Position numbers and translations under genes: made by a program. From Gammaproteobacteria bacterium (GTDB taxonomy: Bacteria > Pseudomonadota > Gammaproteobacteria > Eutrophobiales > Eutrophobiaceae), in assembly GCA_041984885.1 (NCBI GenBank), contig JBHIXH010000010.1, forward strand, positions 1,697 to 65,696: a stretch of 64,000 nucleotides of DNA. The letters run 5' to 3'. The notes under the pieces are model-generated. The model searched no databases and was not told the origin of the DNA. It saw only the letters and a program-made list of their open reading frames with translations. Below, one piece after another: positions 49,702-60,300 of the stretch (positions within the stretch are counted from its first letter, which is position 1; the number at the start of each line of letters is the position of its first letter).

Positions 49702-50883
49702 ATGCCCGGAAGAAATTTCCTTTTTATCCCCGGCCCGACCCAGGTACCGCGTCGTATTCAGAACGCCATGAACATCGAGCAGGAAGACATGCGCGCGATG
49801 GACCTGCCGGAATTCACCAAACCGCTGTACGAAGACATAAAGAAGATCTTCAAGATGGAGAAGGGCCGTGTCTTCATCTTTCCCGCCTCCGGTACCGGTG
49901 GTTGGGAATCTGCCGTGGCCAACACGCTGAACAAGGGCGACAAGGTGCTGATGTCCGGTTTCGGACATTTCTCAAACCTGTGGATCGACCTGTGCCAACG
50001 CTGGGGCCTGGATGTGCAGGCACTCGAAGTCGAATGGGGCGAAGGCGTACCGGTCGAGCAGTACGCGAAGATCCTCGAGGCTGACAAGAACCATGAGATT
50101 AAGGCCGTGTTCGCCACGCAGAACGAGACTGCGACCGGGGTTGCCTCCGATATCGCCGGTGTCCGCAAGGCGCTGGATGCGGCTAACCACCCGGCGCTGT
50201 TGTTTGTCGATGGTGTCAGCTCGGTCGCCTCGATCGATTTCCGCATGGACGAGTGGGGCGTCGACATCTGTGTCTCCGGCTCGCAAAAAGGCTTTATGTT
50301 GCCGACCGGACTTGGCATCGTTGCCGCCAGCGAAAAAGCGCTCGCCTGCCGCGAAAACTCCGACCTGCCAAAAACCTTCTTTGACTGGAAGGATCAGATC
50401 GCCACGAACGACAACGGTTTCTTCCCGTATACGCCGCCGATGAATCTGCTGCGCGGTCTGCGCGAGTCGATCAATATGCTGCTGGACGAAGGCCTGGAAA
50501 ACGTCTTTGCCCGGCATAACCGCATGGCGAGCGCGGTGCGTGCTGCCGTCGGTGCCTGGGGCATGACAACGATTGCCACGGACGAAAAATGGTACTCGGA
50601 TACGGTCACCGCGGTCAGGGTACCGGAAGGGTTTGATGGCAACGAAGTCGCCAGACATGCGTATCGTTATTACAACCTGGCATTGTCCATCTCGCTGGCG
50701 AAGATCGCCGGCCAGGCATTCCGTATCGGTCACCTCGGCGATATGAACGAGTTGATGGTGTTAACACCGATCAATGGTGCCGAAATGGCGATGAAAGATC
50801 TGGGTTACCCGATCGAGCTGGGTAGTGGTGTCGCCGCCGCGCAGGAATACCTGCGCAACACGAAGCAGGATCGCCTTGCTTGA
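49702..50883 (+). CDS. sga: serine--glyoxylate aminotransferase (class V aminotransferase)
   Basis: 393 aa; 'FIPGPTQVPRRI' and the 'SGSQKGFMLPTGL' PLP-Lys region. Immediately followed by mcl-mtkAB-hprA-ppc. Confidence 0.8.
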   Translation: MPGRNFLFIPGPTQVPRRIQNAMNIEQEDMRAMDLPEFTKPLYEDIKKIFKMEKGRVFIFPASGTGGWESAVANTLNKGDKVLMSGFGHFSNLWIDLCQRWGLDVQALEVEWGEGVPVEQYAKILEADKNHEIKAVFATQNETATGVASDIAGVRKALDAANHPALLFVDGVSSVASIDFRMDEWGVDICVSGSQKGFMLPTGLGIVAASEKALACRENSDLPKTFFDWKDQIATNDNGFFPYTPPMNLLRGLRESINMLLDEGLENVFARHNRMASAVRAAVGAWGMTTIATDEKWYSDTVTAVRVPEGFDGNEVARHAYRYYNLALSISLAKIAGQAFRIGHLGDMNELMVLTPINGAEMAMKDLGYPIELGSGVAAAQEYLRNTKQDRLA

Positions 50884-50911
50884 TTAAAACGATAACCAGG
50901 AGAAATGCCCG

Positions 50912-51865
50912 ATGAGTTTTACCCAATATGAACAGGCGACACCTCGCCTGCAACGCAGCGAGCTGGCTGTGCCCGGATCGAACCCGAAAATGTTCGAGAA
51001 GGCCGCGGCCAGTGATGCGGATTACATTTTTCTCGACTGTGAAGATGCCGTCGTCCCTGACGACAAGGAACAAGCCCGAAAAAATATCATTGAAGCATTA
51101 AATGATATTGATTGGGGCAACAAGACGATGTCCGTGCGTATTAATGGTCTCGATACACATTATATGTACCGGGATGTTGTCGACATTCTGGAACAGGCCG
51201 GAGATAACCTCGACACGATCCTGATCCCGAAAGTCGGTACGCCGGAAGACGTCTACGCGGTCGACATGCTGGTCACGCAAATCGAGACCGCCATGGGACT
51301 GAAGAAAAAGATCGGGCTGGAATGCCTGATTGAAACCGCTCTCGGCGGTGCCAACGTGTTCACGATCGCGCAAGCGAGCCCGCGACTGGAAGCCTTCCAC
51401 TTTGGTGTCGCGGATTATGCGGCCAGCCTGCGTTCACGCACGACTGTCATCGGTGGTTTGAACCCGGACTATGCGTGTAAAGGCGTCGAAATCGATCAAT
51501 GGCATGCGGCCCAGGTGCAAATGCTGACCGCCTGCCGTGCCTATGGTCTGCGTGCGATCGATGGCCCGTTCGGCGATTTCAGTGACCCGGACGCCTATCG
51601 TGAGGCGGCACGTCGTGTCGCAGCCCTCGGTTACGAGGGCAAGTGGGCAATCCATCCGTCACAAATCGAACTGGCGAACGAAGTCATGTCACCACCGGAA
51701 GCCGAGGTGACGCGTGCCCGACGTGTGCTGGAAGCGCTCGAAGATGCGGCAAAGGCCGGTAAGGGTGCAGCCCAGCTGGACGGCAAGATGATTGACATTG
51801 CCTCGGAACGTATGGCGCGCAATGTGATCGCGCAGGCAGATCAAATCGAAGCCAAATCAAAATAA
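50912..51865 (+). CDS. mcl: malyl-CoA lyase (HpcH/HpaI / citrate-lyase beta family)
   Basis: 317 aa; 'RSELAVPGSNPKMFEKAA', 'FLDCEDAV'. Confidence 0.8.
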   Translation: MSFTQYEQATPRLQRSELAVPGSNPKMFEKAAASDADYIFLDCEDAVVPDDKEQARKNIIEALNDIDWGNKTMSVRINGLDTHYMYRDVVDILEQAGDNLDTILIPKVGTPEDVYAVDMLVTQIETAMGLKKKIGLECLIETALGGANVFTIAQASPRLEAFHFGVADYAASLRSRTTVIGGLNPDYACKGVEIDQWHAAQVQMLTACRAYGLRAIDGPFGDFSDPDAYREAARRVAALGYEGKWAIHPSQIELANEVMSPPEAEVTRARRVLEALEDAAKAGKGAAQLDGKMIDIASERMARNVIAQADQIEAKSK

Positions 51866-51894
51866 CTTTTTAACTATTAATCAGGAGAATCAGC

Positions 51895-53070
51895 GTGGAT
51901 ATTCATGAATATCAGGCGAAAGAGATACTCTCCGGCTTTGGCGTCCCGATTGGTAAGGGTGGACTGGCATACAGCCCGGAGCAGGCCTCATATCGCGCCA
52001 CTGAAATTGGTGGCGATGTCTGGGTCGTTAAGGCGCAGATACATTCCGGTGCCCGTGGCAAGGCCGGTGGTATTAAAGTATGTAAATCAGAGAGCGAAGT
52101 CTGGGATGCCGCGAACGAATTACTTGGCAAAAAACTGATCACGCACCAGACCGGCGAACAAGGCAAGGTGTGTCACCGGCTGTACATAGAAGAAGGTTGC
52201 AACATCGGTCGCGAAATTTACCTCGCGTTCGTACTTGACCGGGCCAAAGAGAGCGTGACCGTGGTTGCCTCGGCCGAGGGCGGTATGGAGATCGAACAAC
52301 TCGCAGTCGAAAAGCCGGAATCGATCATCAAGATCGCGGTCGAACCGGCGGTCGGTATGCAGGCGTTCCAGGCACGTGAACTGGCGTTTGCTCTCGGCCT
52401 GGACAAATCTCAAATCAATCAGGCCGTGTCGACGTTTCTTGGCTGTTACCGGGCGATGCGTGACCTGGATGCGAACATGGTCGAAATCAATCCATTGGTT
52501 GTCACGAAAGAGGGCAGTCTGCTCGCGGTCGATGCGAAGATGGGTTTTGATGAGAACGCGCTGTTCCGTCATCCAAACATCTCGGAACTGCGCGACAAGT
52601 CGCAGGAAGACCCGCGCGAAATGCGTGCCGCGGATCGTGGACTCAGCTACGTCGGTCTTGATGGCAACATCGGTTGCATTATTAACGGTGCCGGCCTGGC
52701 GATGGCGACGATGGACATGATCAAGCATTCCGGTGGTGAACCGGCCAACTTCCTCGATATTGGTGGTGGTGCCTCGCCGGAACGTACCGCGAAGGCATTC
52801 AACCTGGTGTTGTCCGATGACAATGTCGAGACGATTCTCGTCAATATCTTTGCCGGTATTAACCGTTGTGACTGGATCGCCGAAGGCGTGGTGCAGGCCG
52901 TTGAGAAGATCGATCTGAAGGTACCGCTGGTCGTGCGTTTGTCGGGTACGAACGTCGAAGCCGGTCAGAAGATCATCAAGGACAGCGGCTTGCCGATCAT
53001 CTCGGCAGACACCCTGGCAGAAGCCGCAGAAAAAGCGGTCGCAGCCTGGAAACAACACACAGGCAAGTAG
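51895..53070 (+). CDS. mtkA: malate--CoA ligase (malate thiokinase) beta subunit, SucC-like
   Basis: GTG start, '[11 protein letters not shown]', ATP-grasp. Assigned to mtk rather than suc from its position between mcl and hprA. Confidence 0.75.
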   Translation: MDIHEYQAKEILSGFGVPIGKGGLAYSPEQASYRATEIGGDVWVVKAQIHSGARGKAGGIKVCKSESEVWDAANELLGKKLITHQTGEQGKVCHRLYIEEGCNIGREIYLAFVLDRAKESVTVVASAEGGMEIEQLAVEKPESIIKIAVEPAVGMQAFQARELAFALGLDKSQINQAVSTFLGCYRAMRDLDANMVEINPLVVTKEGSLLAVDAKMGFDENALFRHPNISELRDKSQEDPREMRAADRGLSYVGLDGNIGCIINGAGLAMATMDMIKHSGGEPANFLDIGGGASPERTAKAFNLVLSDDNVETILVNIFAGINRCDWIAEGVVQAVEKIDLKVPLVVRLSGTNVEAGQKIIKDSGLPIISADTLAEAAEKAVAAWKQHTGK

Positions 53071-53082
53071 GGGAGAAACAAC

Positions 53083-53973
53083 ATGGCAATATTATTAGAC
53101 GAAAACTCAAAAGTCATCGTGCAGGGATTTACCGGTCAGATCGGTACGTTCCATGCGACGGAAATGATCGAATACGGCACGAATGTCGTTGGTGGTGTGA
53201 CACCTGGTAAAGGGGGTACGAAGCATCTCGACAAGCCGGTGTTCAACACCATGAAAGAAGCGGTCGAGGCGACCGGTGCGAACGCGAGTATCGTGTTTAT
53301 TCCACCACCGTTTGCGGCCGACGGCATCATGGAAGCGGCCGACGCCGGAATTAAATTCTGTGTTGCGATCACCGATGGCATTCCGGCACAGGACATGATC
53401 CGCGTGAAACGCTATATGCGTCGTTACAAGAAAGAAGAACGCATGGTGTTGACCGGTCCGAACTGTGCTGGCTCGATCAGCCCGGGCAAATGCATGATGG
53501 GTATTATGCCTGGACATATCTACATGCCGGGCAATGTCGGAGTCGTTGGACGTTCCGGAACGCTCGGTTACGAGGCGGCCTCGCAAATGAAAGCGCTCGG
53601 TATCGGCATCTCTTCCAGCATCGGTATCGGCGGTGATCCGATCAATGGTTCCGCGTTTCGCGATCACCTGGAATATTTTGAACAGGATCCGGAGACGAAG
53701 GCCGTTGTCATTATCGGCGAGATCGGTGGTCCGCAGGAAACGGACGCTGCACAATGGGCGAAGGACAACATGACAAAACCGGTTATCGGTTATGTTGCCG
53801 GACTGACCGCACCAAAAGGTCGGCGCATGGGGCATGCCGGTGCGATCATCTCGGCTGTCGGCGAAAGCGCAGCGGAGAAAGTCGAGATACTGCAACAATG
53901 TGGTGTCACCGTTGTGCCGAATCCGGCTTCATTTGGTCCGGTGGTACAGGAGGTCCTGGCGAAAGCCGGCTAG
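53083..53973 (+). CDS. mtkB: malate--CoA ligase alpha subunit, SucD-like
   Basis: 296 aa; CoA-binding 'VIVQGFTGQIGTFH' and the phosphohistidine region 'MGHAGAII'. Confidence 0.75.
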   Translation: MAILLDENSKVIVQGFTGQIGTFHATEMIEYGTNVVGGVTPGKGGTKHLDKPVFNTMKEAVEATGANASIVFIPPPFAADGIMEAADAGIKFCVAITDGIPAQDMIRVKRYMRRYKKEERMVLTGPNCAGSISPGKCMMGIMPGHIYMPGNVGVVGRSGTLGYEAASQMKALGIGISSSIGIGGDPINGSAFRDHLEYFEQDPETKAVVIIGEIGGPQETDAAQWAKDNMTKPVIGYVAGLTAPKGRRMGHAGAIISAVGESAAEKVEILQQCGVTVVPNPASFGPVVQEVLAKAG

Positions 53974-54072
53974 GCCGGAGTTCGTACCAATCATAGGGCG
54001 TTTCATGTCAGATGAGGCGCCCTTTGTTCCAAATTTAAAGTTAAAAATAAAACGATCATTCAGGAGTCAAGT

Positions 54073-55047
54073 GTGAGCAAACCGAAAGTATTACTAACGC
54101 GGCAGTGGCCACAAGCGGCAGAGGATCGCGCCAAAGAATTATTTGATGTCACATTAAATGAAGACGACCACAAGATGTCGGTCGACGAACTGAAGACAGC
54201 GATGCAGAACTACGATGCGGTATGCCCGACTGTGTCGGATTTTCAGATCGATGCCGATATTCTTAATGTTGACAATCGTCGTTGCAAAATCCTGGCTAAC
54301 TTTGGTGTCGGTTTTAACAATATTAATACGGATGATGCGAAGGCAGCCGGTGTGGTCGTGACGAACACGCCCGGAGTATTAACCGATTGCACGGCAGACA
54401 TCGCCATGACCCTGTTATTGATGGTCGCACGTCGCGCCGGTGAAGGTGAACGTCTTGTGCGTAACAAGAAATGGGACGGCTGGCGTCCAACCCATATGCT
54501 GGCTACCAAGGTCACTGGCAAAAAACTCGGCTTTATCGGCTTTGGTCGCATCGCCCAGGCGGTCGCGCAAAAAGCCCATTTTGGTTTTGGCATGTCAATC
54601 AGCTTTTATGATCCGTATCCGCCTGCCAGTGAAGTCATTGAAAAATTCAGCGCAACGCAACTGGATACGGTTGAGGACGTATTAAAAGACGCAGACTTTG
54701 TCACGCTGCATTGTCCCGGCGGCGGTAGTAATACGAACCTGCTGAACAAGGAACGTCTGGCGTTAATGCAAAAGCATGCTTTCCTGATTAACACGGCACG
54801 TGGCGACGTGGTCGATGAGCCGGCCCTGGTTGACGCATTGAAAAATGGTGTCATTGCCGGTGCCGGTCTGGATGTGTTCGCAAAAGAGCCCACCGTAACA
54901 GAAGACCTGTTAACGATGGATAACGTGGTTATGTTTCCACACCTGGGTAGCGCGACAACAGAAACCCGTGTCGCCATGGGTAACTGTTCGATTGATAATG
55001 TTGAAGCATTTTTTAACGGCAAAGAACCGCCGAATCGCGTGGCCTGA
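54073..55047 (+). CDS. hprA: hydroxypyruvate reductase / D-isomer-specific 2-hydroxyacid dehydrogenase
   Basis: GTG start, 324 aa; NAD-binding 'GFIGFGRIAQAVAQKA', 'NTARGDVVDE'. Confidence 0.78.
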   Translation: MSKPKVLLTRQWPQAAEDRAKELFDVTLNEDDHKMSVDELKTAMQNYDAVCPTVSDFQIDADILNVDNRRCKILANFGVGFNNINTDDAKAAGVVVTNTPGVLTDCTADIAMTLLLMVARRAGEGERLVRNKKWDGWRPTHMLATKVTGKKLGFIGFGRIAQAVAQKAHFGFGMSISFYDPYPPASEVIEKFSATQLDTVEDVLKDADFVTLHCPGGGSNTNLLNKERLALMQKHAFLINTARGDVVDEPALVDALKNGVIAGAGLDVFAKEPTVTEDLLTMDNVVMFPHLGSATTETRVAMGNCSIDNVEAFFNGKEPPNRVA

Positions 55048-55124
55048 ATTCACAAACCTCACAGCCGCAAGTGGTTGTGAGGTTACCTGCTTGCTGTCTC
55101 TAATTCACATACGGTTTAACCATC

Positions 55125-57872
55125 ATGGCGCAGAATCAGACAAACGAAACCACCAGTACTGAACAGGACATTGACTCCATTTCGGCGACGTATGCCAAGC
55201 ATGTGGTTGACCTGCTGACTGAACAACTGAAGCAGGTGATCACAACGAGACAGCCGGAGATCCTGCCGTTGTTTCATGGCGAGGAAGACATACCGCCGGA
55301 TCGGCCGGAGTTGCTGCTCGGTGTATTGCAGGCCTGGGGTATCTGGTTCCAGTTACTGAACGTGGCCGAGGAAAATACCGCGATGCGTCGCCGCCGACTG
55401 GTCGAGAAGATGCAGGGACTGGAAAACGTGCCGGGTACATTTGCCAATGTGTTTGCCGAGGCAAAAAAATCGAACATCAGCGAGAAGGACATCCAGGCCC
55501 TGCTCGACAAGGCACATATCAGACCGACGATCACGGCACATCCGACCGAAGCAAAACGCGTGACGGTGCTGGAGATTCATCGCCGTATTTATGTCCTGTT
55601 ATACCGCCTGGAAGCCGAGCGCTGGACCGAACGGGAACGCCAGAAATTTATTACTGATTTGAGAAATGAAATTGATTTGCTCTGGTTGACCGGTGAATTG
55701 CGGCTGGAAAAACCGACCGTGGCACTGGAGGTCGCCTGGGGTTTGCATTTCTTTGAACAGACCCTGTTTAACCGGGTGCCGGAAACACATGATCGATTGC
55801 TGCTCGCACTACGTAACGCCTATCCGGACCAGGAATTTTATATTCCGCCATTCTTTCAATTTGGTTCCTGGATTGGCGGTGACCGCGATGGCAATCCATT
55901 TGTGACGAATGATGTAACCAAACAAACCTTATTAAGCAATCGTGAACGCATACTCGAACATTACATGGAAACACTGGAAGTAATGATTCAGCGTATCAGC
56001 GTCTCCCGGCACACGATTGATCTGAGTCCCGAGTTTGAAAACCATTTAAACCAGTTGCTCGAAGAAACCAACATGTTGCACATGGTGGCCGGTCGTAATC
56101 CGGGCGAAGTCTTCAGGCAATACGTATCCTGCCTGTTGAAAAAGATTCGTGGCACGTACGAAACACAGGAAGGCAAGCATTACAGCGCAATACGTTATAA
56201 CAATGCCGATGAATTTATCGAGGATTTACAGCAACTGGCAGACGGCCTGATTACATCCGGTTGTGAAAATCTTGCGAATGCGCATGTGATCCCGACCCTG
56301 CAAAAAGCCCAGGCCTATCGTTTTCGCACAGTACGACTCGACCTGCGGGAAAACTCGACCACGGTCAACAATACACTGGCGGCAATCTGGAAAGCGATTC
56401 ATGGCAAGCAGGAGGCACCGGCAGCAGACAGTGCAGAATGGAAGCAATGGTTGCAACAGGAACTGGAAAAACCGCTGGAGCAGCTGCCGACCTTCTCCGA
56501 CCTGGATGGTCCGTCTGAATCGACATTTGGTTTGTTCCAGATGACCGCAGAGTTAATGGGCAAACTGGATACCGAAGCCTTCGGTCATTTTATTTTGAGC
56601 ATGACGCAATCGGTTGCAGACATTCTTGGCGTGTACTTGCTGGCAAAGTATGCCGGCCTGTTCGCCGATAGTGAAGACGGTGAATACAGCCTGTTACCTA
56701 TCGTGCCTTTATTTGAAACGATTGATGATCTGCAACGTGGTCCGGATATGATGCAGGAATTGTTAAACGAACCGTTGATCCAGCGATCAGTAAAACATCA
56801 AACCGGTGTGCAGGAAGTCATGATCGGTTATTCCGATTCGAACAAGGACGGCGGCTATTTCACGGCCAACTGGGAACTGACGAAAGCACAACATCAGTTA
56901 ACCCGGACCGGTCAGGATTGCGGTATACCGATTGCATTTTTTCACGGTCGTGGCGGTTCAGTCAGTCGCGGCGGTGCACCGACCGGTCGTGCCATTGCGG
57001 CACAACCGGCCGGTTCGATCCATGGCCAGATGCGTATCACCGAGCAGGGTGAAGTGGTGTCATCGAAATTCGCCAACGAGGGCACGGCGCAGTACCAGAT
57101 AGAATTACTCGCCGCCAGCGTGTTTGAACACACGATCAAGTCGCTCGACGAGTCGGCGCTGAAACCGAACGAGGCATTTGATAATGCGATGGAGAGCCTC
57201 TCTGGATATGCGTTCAAACATTATCGCAAACTCGCTGAAACAGAAGGCCTGGTCGACTACTACAACTCGGCCAGCCCGGTTGAAGAGCTGGCAAAGATGA
57301 ATATCGGTTCACGACCGGCACGTCGCTTCGGCGCAAAATCGCTGGGCGACTTACGTGCCATACCGTGGGTATTTGCCTGGACACAAAATCGCCATCTTGT
57401 ACCAGGTTGGTACGGTGTGGGCAGTGGCCTGGAAAATTACATCGCCGAACGTGGCGATGCGGGCAGGAAATTATTAAGTGAGATGTTTGAAGAGTCCCGT
57501 ATCTTTCGGCTGGTCATTGATGAAGTGGAGAAGACACTGACGCTCGTCGATATGGACGTCTGTGAAAAATACGCCGAACTGGTCGAGGACGAGTCTGTGC
57601 GCAATACCGTCCTGTCCATGATAAAGGATGAATACGCACGCACGGTGGAGCAGGTGTTAGCGCTGACCGGAGAAGACAAGCTGGGTGTCCGCTTCAGGAA
57701 GTTCAGCCGCAAACTGAGTCGACGTAACGTAGTCCTGAAAGAAGCCGGGCTGGAACAGGTCACGCTGGTGAAAAATTTCCGTAGCTCAGCGAAGAGCGAA
57801 CAGTTCGAAGAGTTGATCCCGTTACTTTTATCAATTAACTGTGTTTCCGCCGGCCTTGGCTGGACCGGGTAA
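55125..57872 (+). CDS. ppc: phosphoenolpyruvate carboxylase
   Basis: 915 aa; 'ITAHPTEAKR', 'VMIGYSDSNKDGG', 'FHGRGGSVSRGGAPT'. Confidence 0.92.
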   Translation: MAQNQTNETTSTEQDIDSISATYAKHVVDLLTEQLKQVITTRQPEILPLFHGEEDIPPDRPELLLGVLQAWGIWFQLLNVAEENTAMRRRRLVEKMQGLENVPGTFANVFAEAKKSNISEKDIQALLDKAHIRPTITAHPTEAKRVTVLEIHRRIYVLLYRLEAERWTERERQKFITDLRNEIDLLWLTGELRLEKPTVALEVAWGLHFFEQTLFNRVPETHDRLLLALRNAYPDQEFYIPPFFQFGSWIGGDRDGNPFVTNDVTKQTLLSNRERILEHYMETLEVMIQRISVSRHTIDLSPEFENHLNQLLEETNMLHMVAGRNPGEVFRQYVSCLLKKIRGTYETQEGKHYSAIRYNNADEFIEDLQQLADGLITSGCENLANAHVIPTLQKAQAYRFRTVRLDLRENSTTVNNTLAAIWKAIHGKQEAPAADSAEWKQWLQQELEKPLEQLPTFSDLDGPSESTFGLFQMTAELMGKLDTEAFGHFILSMTQSVADILGVYLLAKYAGLFADSEDGEYSLLPIVPLFETIDDLQRGPDMMQELLNEPLIQRSVKHQTGVQEVMIGYSDSNKDGGYFTANWELTKAQHQLTRTGQDCGIPIAFFHGRGGSVSRGGAPTGRAIAAQPAGSIHGQMRITEQGEVVSSKFANEGTAQYQIELLAASVFEHTIKSLDESALKPNEAFDNAMESLSGYAFKHYRKLAETEGLVDYYNSASPVEELAKMNIGSRPARRFGAKSLGDLRAIPWVFAWTQNRHLVPGWYGVGSGLENYIAERGDAGRKLLSEMFEESRIFRLVIDEVEKTLTLVDMDVCEKYAELVEDESVRNTVLSMIKDEYARTVEQVLALTGEDKLGVRFRKFSRKLSRRNVVLKEAGLEQVTLVKNFRSSAKSEQFEELIPLLLSINCVSAGLGWTG

Positions 57873-58199
57873 AATATAGCCCTTTTGTCCGATCTCCTCG
57901 TTGCTTCACTTCGCGCGATGCTCACATATTATTTATATGCTGCGCTTCTCACGAAGCTTGCGCCTTGTCCTGGCAAAAAATAGCCGCGTCGAATCCATTC
58001 ATTTTTTATTGCTGTAAATCTGCGCGCACTCTCTCGGCGCGTTATCGCATCTTGAGAAAAAATTATTCTGTCACGATGAATAATATATATAGGCAATAGT
58101 ATGAATTTTTCCCGGGCAGTTTTCCTGTAGGACATCGCAGCTTCATTCGCTATGATTCAAATCCCCGAATATTTAGTAATTTTTCAAGAGGAGAAGGGA

Positions 58200-58673
58200 A
58201 TGAAATTTGTAAATCTGTTTGCACTCATTTTGTTGCTTGGACTATCAACCGGCGTTCGGGCAGCAGAGTTTATCGAAGTCACAAAATCGCTGGACATCAA
58301 TGCCGGTATCGACGCTGTCTGGAATAAAGTCGGTGATTTCTGTGCCATCCAGGACTGGCATCCTGCCGTGGCCAAATGCGAGGCCTATGATGACCATGGA
58401 ACCCGGTATCGTACATTGACGCTGGCTGATGGGGGAGTGATATCGGAAAAGTATGCGGGAACGGAGGGAACCAGTTATACCTACTTTATCAAGAAGAGTC
58501 CGTTACCGGTGAAAACCTGTAAAGCTACATTCAAGGCCGAGGGCGGTACAGATAAAACGACGATAACCTGGACTGCTCGATTCAAGGCGAAAGAAGTCAC
58601 TGAAGAGGAGGCCAAGGCGGCGGTTGCAGGTATATTTGATGCAGGCCTGACATCCATTTCGGAAAAATTTTAA
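58200..58673 (+). CDS. exported SRPBCC (Bet v1/polyketide-cyclase-like) domain protein
   Basis: ~157 aa. ATG 58200 with the RBS 'gaggagaaggg'. Signal peptide 'MKFVNLFALILLLGLSTGVRA'. Confidence 0.6.
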   Translation: MKFVNLFALILLLGLSTGVRAAEFIEVTKSLDINAGIDAVWNKVGDFCAIQDWHPAVAKCEAYDDHGTRYRTLTLADGGVISEKYAGTEGTSYTYFIKKSPLPVKTCKATFKAEGGTDKTTITWTARFKAKEVTEEEAKAAVAGIFDAGLTSISEKF

Positions 58674-58701
58674 TTACGCCGCTTGATATCATCTCGTACT
58701 T

Positions 58702-58733
58702 GTCCGCGGTGAAAGGGTCACCGCGGACAGGTT
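58702..58733 (+). terminator. rho-independent terminator hairpin
   Basis: TGTCCGCGGTGAaaggGTCACCGCGGACA, a perfect 12-bp stem. Confidence 0.7.
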
Positions 58734-58795
58734 TACACAGTCGAAATATATTGGTGTTCAACTTTAACCAATGAAATGTGTCAAGGTTGATTAAC

Positions 58796-59233
58796 TCAAA
58801 GTAGTTCTTGCTTCCATATAGCCTGATATTGTCGGCATTTCTCGATGTAGCGTGTCGAGTGTTGTTCAAGAAAAATCTCCGGTTGCCACGGGACTGAGTC
58901 GAGATTACGCCGGAACTTTTCGCTGACAACGTAGGCAAACGCTTCCAGTTTTTGCTCCTGTATGTCGACTTTAACCGGCAGTCGTTCGTAAATTTCAGCT
59001 TCAAACCAGTCAAACACCTGCAGCGTATTATTGGATACCTCGCGATAGACAACGCCGTCTACACTGGCATTGATGTCGTTTACGATGCCTGGATAACAGG
59101 CATTTTTAATGGCGTAACGGGCAAAGCCGGTCAGCGTCGCTGGCACTGGAATCAATTGTTCACCGGTCAATGCCTCCACAACCTCGGGGAACATCAGTGT
59201 GCCGTAGGTAAAGACTGGATAAGACATAATCAT
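58796..59233 (-). CDS. gamma-glutamylcyclotransferase-like (AIG2/GGCT fold) protein
   Basis: 145 aa, 'VFTYGTLM' N-terminal motif. Confidence 0.7.
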   Translation of the reverse strand: MIMSYPVFTYGTLMFPEVVEALTGEQLIPVPATLTGFARYAIKNACYPGIVNDINASVDGVVYREVSNNTLQVFDWFEAEIYERLPVKVDIQEQKLEAFAYVVSEKFRRNLDSVPWQPEIFLEQHSTRYIEKCRQYQAIWKQELL

Positions 59234-59614
59234 TGAGGACTTCTTGCTGTTGGATTCTTCAAAATTCGGATTTTACTCAGGTTATAAATTTTTCGCTGAT
59301 GGAGACTCATTAACCCGGGAAGTAGCTGCTGTGATTTATGCAATTCATTATCTACCTATATGATAACACTGAAATGATCGGCCTGGTGCTGCTGCTATTG
59401 TGTGAACAGACCCCGTCGGAACTGTACGGTCTGTTACCCGTCAAATGCTTGTAGGGTGAATTTTCAGGGGTCCGGTAACTGGTTAAACTGCATTTGGTTC
59501 CAAAGATGTGGGAGAGCGTGACTTGCAATGCGGTTCTGATATATTCACTCTGGGATGCCAGTATGGGAGATTTAGCCAGGGTCAATTAAATCTTGTCATT
59601 CGAGGTGAGAGACG

Positions 59615-60100
59615 ATGCCTACATTTTACTCATCAGAAGAAAATCTGATTCACTCAAGTTGTAATATTCGATATCTGTCAACAACACTGTTAATTTTATT
59701 TTCCTTGTTAGTGTCGGCATGCGGCCCGGCGAAATATTCAATTCGGGAAGTCAAGGATCCGGGTTCCAGGTATCTTGCTTATATTGATGAAGGTCGCCCT
59801 GGCCATTACTTTGTTGTCTATAACCCGCAAACCTGTGAGCAGGTAGGACATGCCTGTGAGTTTTTCCGTTCACAGGTATATGCCCATGCCAGGCTGAATC
59901 ACCCGATTTACGATCAGCCACATTTTTATACGGCTCAACTTGAATCCCAGGCGGATTGCTGGGCAGCTAAATATGCCTCGACGGCGGCGTTAAATGCAGC
60001 AGTTGAAATATTCGAGGATGAACAACGGGCGAGAGAGCTGCGTTTATATGGAGATTTCGCAAAACGTGCAGAAAGAATCAGGCAGTGTGCGCAACTTTGA
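59615..60100 (+). CDS. hypothetical lipoprotein
   Basis: 161 aa with lipobox 'LLVSAC' and several Cys residues. No family recognised. Confidence 0.45.
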   Translation: MPTFYSSEENLIHSSCNIRYLSTTLLILFSLLVSACGPAKYSIREVKDPGSRYLAYIDEGRPGHYFVVYNPQTCEQVGHACEFFRSQVYAHARLNHPIYDQPHFYTAQLESQADCWAAKYASTAALNAAVEIFEDEQRARELRLYGDFAKRAERIRQCAQL

Positions 60101-60138
60101 CGTTGATAGCCTGAAAGACAATAACAGGCCGTTACCCC

Positions 60139-60300
60139 CGGGATAACCCGGCGTTTGCTGTTTCGATCATTTTCTTTTGTACTTTGCTGATGCGCCAGTC
60201 ACGTTCAATGTGATTAAATCGCATTGCTATACCTTCTAACAGGGCAGCAAAGCTGTTCCTGTAAATGCCATACACACGGTTATCATCCACTAGCATGTTT
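60139..60300 (-). other. 54-aa ORF below the ORF-track cutoff, possibly a gene remnant
   Basis: Reverse-strand ORF MLVDDNRVYGIYRNSFAALLEGIAMRFNHIERDWRISKVQKKMIETANAGLSRG inside a 535-bp non-coding gap. Possibly the C-terminal remnant of a longer protein. Confidence 0.2.

Noticed and set aside
52120-53058. 312-aa reverse-strand ORF across mtkA. Similar long antisense ORFs occur at 49972..50733, 49758..50318, 5405..6049, 18357..18977, 1542..2144, 53107..53898, 40662..41108, 37167..37739 and 36435..36896.
   Set aside because: They lie entirely antisense to strongly supported conserved genes. They have Arg/Pro/Ser-rich low-complexity composition typical of GC-rich antisense frames, and no RBS or motifs. 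They are artefacts of the six-frame track.
51895-53973. Calling the SucCD-like pair succinyl-CoA synthetase (sucCD).
   Set aside because: The pair is sandwiched between malyl-CoA lyase and hydroxypyruvate reductase in a serine-cycle-type operon, which is the malate thiokinase (mtkAB) context. sucCD normally follows sucAB. This is decided on context only, so it stays at moderate confidence.
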